Origin: a virus
Taxonomy: Duplodnaviria > Caudoviricetes
DNA length: 33,229 nt
Virus record (IMG/VR): IMGVR_UViG_3300020044_007282
Coordinates: 1 to 33,229 of that record
Direction: 5' to 3' (one strand)
A model generated the notes under the pieces. It did no database searches. It saw only the letters and a list, made by a program, of their open reading frames with translations, and was not told where the DNA came from. Positions 27,173 to 33,229 of this stretch are shown here, in pieces. A program made the position numbers and the translations under genes. Position 1 is the first letter of the stretch, and each line of letters starts with the position of its first letter.

Positions 27173-27312
27173 TGAAAGCAATAGAAATAAAAATAGATAA
27201 ATTAATAACTAATCCAATTAATATTAATAAGGTGGATTTGATAAAAAGCAAGGAAAAATTAATTGCTGAAATTAACGCTAAGTTTATTGATATTGTTTTA
27301 GCAACAAAATAA
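27172..27312 (+). CDS. Small ORF (46 aa) resembling the tape measure C-terminus
   Basis: TAATG coupling; MKAIEIKIDKL...IVLATK. Confidence 0.4.
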   Translation: MKAIEIKIDKLITNPININKVDLIKSKEKLIAEINAKFIDIVLATK

Positions 27313-27316
27313 AGAT

Positions 27317-28015
27317 ATGAGTTTACAATTTATAATACCAACACCAGCGCAGAAGCAAAATGTAAGAACATTATCAAAGGGCTTCGGGCTTCCATTGGTG
27401 CAACGTGCTTTAATAGCTGCGAATAACTTTAATATTAAAACAGATACACCCGATGGAACTTCATTGTATGGCACACCGATGTATGGCACACTGTTTATTG
27501 AAAGGCCCGAATATACAACATTTGAATACAATGATTTTACAAACGAGTATGTTGAAACACCAAATCCATTAGCAAGCAATAAATCATTTGGTACTTTAAA
27601 TGTTGCACCGGGCATCAAAACAGGGGGCGCACAAGGTTTATTCTTAAACGGTGTTATCATTGATGCAACGGTAAACAAAACAATCGTTAAAACAGAGGTA
27701 GTTGATTTAAAAGGCACAGTTAAAGAATACATTGGCGAAAGTGATTTAACGATAACCATTCGCGGTTATGTGGCATCACAAAATCCTGATGAATACCCCG
27801 ATGACGATGCGAGATTGATTAAATCGTATTCAAGTGCGCCAGTATCACTAAAGGTTACAAGTGATTTTTTAAACAATATACTTGGTGTTAGTCAAATAGT
27901 AATTGAAAGCTGCCAAATGTCGCAGCAACAAGGGCTTCGCAATGTGCAATATTTTCAGTTGAATTGTGTTAGCGATATAGATTATACAATTTCTAAAACG
28001 ACTAAAGATGTTTAG
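27317..28015 (+). CDS. Tail tube initiator/baseplate protein (DUF6046-like)
   Basis: KTIVKT.V....GTVKEYI...D..ITIRG...YP...Q.FQL.C.SD. Confidence 0.7.
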   Translation: MSLQFIIPTPAQKQNVRTLSKGFGLPLVQRALIAANNFNIKTDTPDGTSLYGTPMYGTLFIERPEYTTFEYNDFTNEYVETPNPLASNKSFGTLNVAPGIKTGGAQGLFLNGVIIDATVNKTIVKTEVVDLKGTVKEYIGESDLTITIRGYVASQNPDEYPDDDARLIKSYSSAPVSLKVTSDFLNNILGVSQIVIESCQMSQQQGLRNVQYFQLNCVSDIDYTISKTTKDV

Positions 28016-28991
28016 AATTGTTTGCCGCGTAATAATAGAGCAACAAGGCGATGGACGAAGTGATACCTTTACATTCGCATCTGTTAGCAAAGTTAGTGTT
28101 AGCAGGTCATACGATAAGCAAACACAAACGGCATCGGTTGTATTACCGCGCAATGTGCAATACAATAAAAAAAACATTTACGAGGGTGCAAATGCTATAA
28201 TGCGCAGAGGCGATAAGATTAAAATTATTGCTGCATATTTTCCAAACGAAACGGTAATATTTCAAGGTTACATTTCAAAGATAAACAACAACGTGCCTGT
28301 TGAAATATTGTGCGAGGATGAAATGTTTTTGTTAAAGCAAGCTATTGCACCGAATTTAACTTATAAGACAGTTAATTTGCGCACGTTTATTGCTAAGATG
28401 CTGGAAAACACATCGACACCATTTAAAGCCATTAACGCTGAATTAGGTCAAATCAGATTACAAGAAGCAAGTGTTGGAAAAATTCTGCAAGTGTTGCGCG
28501 ATCAATATGGTTTGTATTCGTTTTTTAAAAACGGAGTGCTTCGTGTTGGATTACCATTTTATAAAGAGGAGGCAATGAAAGCGGTGTTTTTATTTGAAAA
28601 AATGGTTAAGGAGGGCATGGGTTTGACATACTTAAAAAAAGATGATGTTAAGGTGCAAATCAAAGGCATACTAATTAAAAACAATCAGCGCGAAGAATTT
28701 ATATATGGTGACCCATCGGGTGACATTCGCACTGTATTTCAGTTAGGTGGCACAAAAGCCGATTTAGATTTAAAGTGCAATTCGTTTTTAGAGCAAGCAA
28801 ACTACACTGGTTATTATGGAAGTTTTAAAACTTTTTTAGAACCATTAGTTGTGCCGGGCGATTATGCAGTTGTTGATAGTTGGAAGTATCCAGAGCGTAA
28901 AGGTAAATACTTAATCAAATCAGTTACAACAGAGGTAAGTGTTACCGATGGCGGTAAGCAAACAATTGAATTAGAACGTAGAATAGCATAA
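28008..28991 (+). CDS. Baseplate hub protein (gpD/Mu gp44-like)
   Basis: T.TA...LPR, F.GYI, CEDEMF.LK, G...G.F.TF..P...GD, G.YLIKSV. Confidence 0.75.
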   Translation: MFRIVCRVIIEQQGDGRSDTFTFASVSKVSVSRSYDKQTQTASVVLPRNVQYNKKNIYEGANAIMRRGDKIKIIAAYFPNETVIFQGYISKINNNVPVEILCEDEMFLLKQAIAPNLTYKTVNLRTFIAKMLENTSTPFKAINAELGQIRLQEASVGKILQVLRDQYGLYSFFKNGVLRVGLPFYKEEAMKAVFLFEKMVKEGMGLTYLKKDDVKVQIKGILIKNNQREEFIYGDPSGDIRTVFQLGGTKADLDLKCNSFLEQANYTGYYGSFKTFLEPLVVPGDYAVVDSWKYPERKGKYLIKSVTTEVSVTDGGKQTIELERRIA

Positions 28992-28992
28992 T

Positions 28993-29508
28993 ATGAGCGT
29001 ACAAGTAACAGATATAAGACAAGCGATTCAATCTTTAAGCGGCTTAAATGACCTGCAATATGAGGGTGTGGTGTGCAATGTGAGCGACATTGATTTGGCT
29101 ACGTTCACTTGCACTTGCACCCCGATAGATGGCAGTGCGGAGTTTTACGAGGTGCTATTGAATGCCGATGCTGATAAGGGTTTTACATTGATACCTGCAA
29201 ATGGTAGTTTAGTAATTATACAACAAACATCGCAAGCAAATGCTTATGTGACTATGGTAAGCAAGGTTGACCAAGTTTATTTGGCTGGCGATGCGAATGG
29301 TGGGTTGGTTAAGGTGCAAGTGTTGAACGCTGCATTGAATAACTTACAAACCGAAATTAATACGTTGAAAATAGCAATAACGGCACTTATGGCAGGTTAT
29401 GCTCCTATTGATGGAGGTGTGGCACTATCAACATTTACTTCACTTGTATTACCACAAATAAACATTTCACAAATAGAAAACACAACTGTAAAACATGGCA
29501 ACGGCTAA
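28993..29508 (+). CDS. Baseplate spike protein (gpV-like)
   Basis: OB-fold-like N-terminus (TCTCTPIDG...P..GSLV), GGLVKV and ENTTVKHG C-terminus. Confidence 0.65.
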   Translation: MSVQVTDIRQAIQSLSGLNDLQYEGVVCNVSDIDLATFTCTCTPIDGSAEFYEVLLNADADKGFTLIPANGSLVIIQQTSQANAYVTMVSKVDQVYLAGDANGGLVKVQVLNAALNNLQTEINTLKIAITALMAGYAPIDGGVALSTFTSLVLPQINISQIENTTVKHGNG

Positions 29509-29800
29509 AGATTTTCTGCAAAATAGCGATGGAGATGCGCTAATAGTTAACAACGATTTTGTTATTGGTGCCAGTGATGAAGACCATATTGTTGACATTA
29601 TTAATTCTGCGCAAGGCGATTGGAAAGAATACATTTTGTGCGGTGTTGGGATTGATAATTACTTGAATAGCAGTGGTTCACAATTACAATTGAAAAAACA
29701 AATATTATTACAATTAGCACAGGATGGATTCAGTTCGATAACGGTTAACTTCAGCGATAATAATAGTTCAAACTTCGATGTCGATGCAATACGTAGTTAA
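29495..29800 (+). CDS. Baseplate gp25/gpW-like protein
   Basis: DFVIG.SD..H...I.....GDWKE....GVGI. Confidence 0.65.
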   Translation: MATAKDFLQNSDGDALIVNNDFVIGASDEDHIVDIINSAQGDWKEYILCGVGIDNYLNSSGSQLQLKKQILLQLAQDGFSSITVNFSDNNSSNFDVDAIRS

Positions 29801-30278
29801 GGCAGGGCAAGGTATTTATGATGTTGCTATTCAGTTGTATGGCGATGCTCAATATTCGGTTAAGCTATGCACTGATAATGATTTGACAATAACCGATTCA
29901 ATAGAGGGGCTTACATTAACTTATGATGACACAATAAGGCGCAATGTTGTTTCCGCTGCAATAAAGCAACAGAACACACCACAACAACCCGACAATAGTT
30001 ATTTTATTAAACAAACACAATCGGTTTATGATTTGGCTTTGCAGTTTGGTTATGGTCTTAACAGAGTTGCCGAATTTTGTCAACTTACTGGATTAGATAT
30101 TACTTCAACGGATGTTGGAACACAAATAATTCAAGTTACTAAAATACCAAATAATATACCATTTGGTAGTATATTTGCAACTCAATCCGAAAGCGAAGCG
30201 CCAGAAATTCCTTACTTTATTTTATTAGAAGATGGATTTTATTTGTTGCAAGAAGACGGATCTAAAATAATATTATAA
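29784..30278 (+). CDS. LysM/gpX-like baseplate protein with two repeats
   Basis: YVVKAGQGIYDVAIQLYG and YFIKQTQSVYDLALQFG. Confidence 0.65.
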   Translation: MQYVVKAGQGIYDVAIQLYGDAQYSVKLCTDNDLTITDSIEGLTLTYDDTIRRNVVSAAIKQQNTPQQPDNSYFIKQTQSVYDLALQFGYGLNRVAEFCQLTGLDITSTDVGTQIIQVTKIPNNIPFGSIFATQSESEAPEIPYFILLEDGFYLLQEDGSKIIL

Positions 30279-31528
30279 TGGCAGATTTAAAAATAAGTGC
30301 ATTAACAAGTGCTGGTGCATTAGCAGGCACAGAACCATTGCCTATTGTGCAAGGTGGTTCAACTAAAAAAACAACCGCGCAGGATATAGCTAATTTAAAA
30401 GCAACACCAAACCTCCAACAAGTAACAACTGCTGGTGCTACAACAACAGTAGGTGTAACTGTTGACAATGGAACTGAAAGCGTTGTAATTAAGCACGACC
30501 AAATAAAGATAGTAAACGCATCAGGAGCGGAGGCAGTAATACTCTCACCAACACTTGCAACAACAACCAATTTTAGAATTCCTAATAAAGCAACAAGCCC
30601 GCAAACCTTTGCGATGTTGAGTGATATTACAAGTGGTGGTGTTGCATCAGTTAGCGCAGGCACAAATATATCGGTTACCGGTACATCAACAAACCCAATT
30701 ATTAACTCGTTAGCGGATAGATATTCAACCACATCGGTAACAAGCAACACAATCAGTAACGGTCCTAAAACATTCACAGTTGATGCTAATTTAGCTTACA
30801 TTCCTTTACAAGAGGTGTTGATAGTTTATAACGCAAGCAACCATATGCACGCAACGGTTACAAGCTATTCAGGCACTACACTTGTTGTTGATGTGAAAAG
30901 CCATACGGGTGGCAGCACTTATATATCGTGGGTAATCAATCTCGATGGTGTGCCAGTTGATGCGATTACGGGTGTTGGAACTGCTAATCAAATAGCTTAC
31001 TTTACAAGCGGTCAAGTTATAGCTTCGTTAGATACTGCAACCTATCCGAGTTTAACGGAATTAAGTTATGTTAAGGGTGCAACAAGTGCTATTCAAACGC
31101 AATTGAACGCTAAAAAAGACACCGTAGCGTTTGCAGTTATGGGAACAATCATATCCTTGCCATCAGACAGCACAAGTTATCATTTTGGAATACAGCCTTG
31201 GACACCTAACACAACAGCAGCATTTAGAGGTTTTAAATTTACCGATGCAGGTACAGTTGAAAAGGTTTCAATGGCATTATCTCAAACAATAAATGGGAGC
31301 AATCAAACAGTAAATATTTACCTTAGAAATGTAACCACATCAACAGACTATTCAATTGGAACTTTCACTTCTGATTTCGGTGCTAACTCTACATTAAAAA
31401 CATTGTTTAGCGGGTTGTCAATAGCGGTAAACACAACCGATGATTGGACTGTTAAAATACTAACTCCCGCATGGACAACAAACCCAACAGATTGGGTATT
31501 TGGGGGTATAATTTCAGTAACAAAATAG
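30278..31528 (+). CDS. Tail fibre/receptor-binding protein
   Basis: KISAL N-terminus, LQQVTTAG, GVASVSAGTNI and ELSYVKGATSAIQTQLNAK fibre motifs. Confidence 0.75.
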   Translation: MADLKISALTSAGALAGTEPLPIVQGGSTKKTTAQDIANLKATPNLQQVTTAGATTTVGVTVDNGTESVVIKHDQIKIVNASGAEAVILSPTLATTTNFRIPNKATSPQTFAMLSDITSGGVASVSAGTNISVTGTSTNPIINSLADRYSTTSVTSNTISNGPKTFTVDANLAYIPLQEVLIVYNASNHMHATVTSYSGTTLVVDVKSHTGGSTYISWVINLDGVPVDAITGVGTANQIAYFTSGQVIASLDTATYPSLTELSYVKGATSAIQTQLNAKKDTVAFAVMGTIISLPSDSTSYHFGIQPWTPNTTAAFRGFKFTDAGTVEKVSMALSQTINGSNQTVNIYLRNVTTSTDYSIGTFTSDFGANSTLKTLFSGLSIAVNTTDDWTVKILTPAWTTNPTDWVFGGIISVTK

Positions 31529-31533
31529 AAAGC

Positions 31534-31842
31534 ATGACTATAAAATTCAAACAACAAGGTGATGGTCGCAAATCGTGGATAGTTGATGGAGAATTAATCT
31601 ACGATAGCCCTACAAACAAGTATCATAACGAAATGATGCAAGAAATATTAACAGATAAAAACTATTTGTCAATCGGTGAGGTATCAATGTGGATTAATGA
31701 TGTGGAATTTGGTGCAGAAGCACAAAGTATTATTGATTGGTGGATTAATACTTGCAAGTTAGTGGCTAATTATGTAGCTTTGAATCCAAATGAAGAAACC
31801 GCAGCAGAATTTTTAGCAACCTTACCAACATATCCTTTATGA
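31534..31842 (+). CDS. Putative tail fibre assembly protein
   Basis: Follows the fibre gene; Y.SI.E....F.AEA....WW...FLA.LP pattern. Confidence 0.5.
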   Translation: MTIKFKQQGDGRKSWIVDGELIYDSPTNKYHNEMMQEILTDKNYLSIGEVSMWINDVEFGAEAQSIIDWWINTCKLVANYVALNPNEETAAEFLATLPTYPL

Positions 31843-32045
31843 TACATTCCCACCACCCCGACAATAGCATTTTAGTCATCATTACATCGGTCATCATTCA
31901 AGCAGGAGTATGGACTTCGGATTGGTTTGGCAATATGAATTTAGTTGGCATTTATGACACTATTTATGACTTCGCTAAACTTGGTGCATTAGTAGTTTCG
32001 ATGTGGGCATCTTATCGTGTTGCAAAAAAAAACAAGAATGACTAA
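31839..32045 (+). CDS. Small two-TM membrane protein (holin-like)
   Basis: Two hydrophobic segments and a basic C-terminus (KKNKND). Confidence 0.45.
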   Translation: MIHSHHPDNSILVIITSVIIQAGVWTSDWFGNMNLVGIYDTIYDFAKLGALVVSMWASYRVAKKNKND

Positions 32046-32205
32046 GGAAATGGTATTGCTTATCGCACTATTATCAATAGTAATAATTGGTATTGTATAT
32101 TGGTATTACGTGCAAGAACGTGAATATAAATCGTTGATAGAAAGGTTGAAACAAGTGCCTATGGTTTGTGCGATATTAGTTTTTTTGGGGATGGATGATA
32201 AATAA
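32038..32205 (+). CDS. Small membrane protein
   Basis: N-terminal TM segment VLLIALLSIVIIGIVYWYY. Confidence 0.45.
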   Translation: MTKEMVLLIALLSIVIIGIVYWYYVQEREYKSLIERLKQVPMVCAILVFLGMDDK

Positions 32206-32232
32206 CAAAGCCCTCACATTTCTGCAAGGGCT
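32199..32232 (-). terminator. Terminator hairpin at the convergence point
   Basis: AGCCCT...AGGGCT stem followed on the minus strand by TTGTTATTT. Confidence 0.55.
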
Positions 32233-32284
32233 ATGAATCTAATAACTTAACTAACATTGAACGGGGCAAAGATAGTAAAAATTA

Positions 32285-32638
32285 TTACTTCCAAACACCA
32301 TTAACAAATATAAAATCTCTTACAGTTCCCTCTTTATATTTATTAGCTATTCGCCTTTCATTAATCCAATAAAAACAACTGTAATAAGTTTTAGATTCAA
32401 ATAAATCATCATTTGAACCTAAACAAAATACCATACAATTATTATTGCCCTCTTTTAAAGCACCCACATAAATTGCAGGAGCATCATACATTCCAAACAA
32501 GGTAGTATTATCATTAGGCATCATTGTTTGATTATTTATAATAAATGATTTTGTTGTATCAATAAAATCATTTTCGTTTTCGTTGCTGTCTAAAATAATA
32601 CCTAATCCACCATTTTCTGAATAAATTATTTTTTCCAT
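32285..32638 (-). CDS. Hypothetical protein (moron-like, with its own promoter and leader)
   Basis: 117-aa AT-rich ORF after element C. Confidence 0.65.
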   Translation of the reverse strand: MEKIIYSENGGLGIILDSNENENDFIDTTKSFIINNQTMMPNDNTTLFGMYDAPAIYVGALKEGNNNCMVFCLGSNDDLFESKTYYSCFYWINERRIANKYKEGTVRDFIFVNGVWK

Positions 32639-32648
32639 TTCTTTAAAT

Positions 32649-32764
32649 TAAAAAACCTCAACAATAGCGAGTAGGAGGTCGCTAAAGTCAAGGCTTTTGT
32701 TAAAATTTCGTTTCGTTGCTCCTACACAACGCTGCAAATGTAATAATTTATTTCAATCCCACAA
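32649..32764 (-). promoter_or_regulatory. Promoter plus structured leader RNA ending in a terminator (element C)
   Basis: TTG-N19-TACATTTG on the minus strand; hairpin loops GUAGGAG and CUCCUAC are complementary; U-run. Confidence 0.65.
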
Positions 32765-33108
32765 CAAGCCAAAGAATAAACATAGCCCCACCAACACACC
32801 ACGCTGCTATCTTACCTTTGCGTTGTTGTTTCGTTTCTTGTTTGCTAATTACTAACAACGTGCTATCCGTTACATTCTCCGCTTTGTAAGCAACTATTAA
32901 ACTATCCTTAATGCTACTCCCATCAGCGCAAAGTTGAAACGCATTAAACAACGCAGCATAACTTGAATCTTTAACATTGATTATTTCATCGCACAACACG
33001 AAGACTGTATCACACTCTTTTGGTAGCGTATTACGTAGTTTCTTCATCAAAGCTATGTTAGTGTTGGTTAATGATAATTCACGTTGTCTAATGCTATCTT
33101 TTGCGTTA
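32748..33108 (-). CDS. C-terminal part of the junction-spanning spanin-like protein
   Basis: Coiled-coil-like region with Cys residues and a C-terminal TM (IAAWCVGGAMFILWLVVGL). Confidence 0.7.
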
Positions 33109-33229
33109 TTCGCAGTTTGCAGTCTTCGGTTGGCTGCTTCAAGTTGGTTGAGTAGAATTGCCTGCTCAATACCAAACTGCTTTTTAATCAGTTCTGCTTC
33201 TGCTTTGTAATCAAATGGGATTACTTTCG
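33109..33229. repeat. Terminal direct repeat (copy 2)
   Basis: Identical to 1-121. Confidence 0.95.

Noticed and set aside
30278-31528. Diversity-generating retroelement or invertible fibre switch
   Set aside because: No reverse transcriptase, invertase or template/variable repeat pair was seen.
33109-33229. Biological terminal repeat
   Set aside because: An exact 121-nt overlap in the middle of a gene is more consistent with an assembler k-mer overlap of a circular or permuted genome.

Overview
The window is a complete, circularly assembled genome of about 33.1 kb from an AT-rich tailed phage with a contractile tail. Bases 1-121 repeat at 33109-33229, giving a unit length of 33,108 bp. The host is very likely a Bacteroidota species, based on repeated TTG-N18-20-TAnnTTTG promoters, A-rich SD-less leaders and DUF3127/BT4734-like genes. 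Layout: a leftward lysis and accessory arm (spanin-like gene across the junction, holin, M15 endolysin, small ORFs, one attC-like gene cassette); a rightward early and replication arm (HTH proteins, SSB-like, annealing protein, Gp157, nuclease, primase-like, helicase, candidate origin, VRR-NUC); packaging genes; and a Mu-like head/neck module plus myovirus tail module. No integrase, transposase or DNA polymerase is recognisable. The standout locus is the large terminase. Its Walker A motif is split by an 8-nt stop-containing insert (GGC TGA TT GGA) placed directly after a long GC-rich hairpin, suggesting programmed ribosomal hopping or frameshifting. Its nuclease domain carries a 324-aa intein whose HNH homing endonuclease is not fused in frame but is encoded as a separate, fully nested gene in another reading frame with its own promoter-like element. 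Other notable items are three promoter-leader RNAs with loop-loop complementarity into a terminator, a candidate antisense sRNA, and a tail-chaperone -1 frameshift. All family assignments come from motif recognition and synteny by eye, not from database searches.
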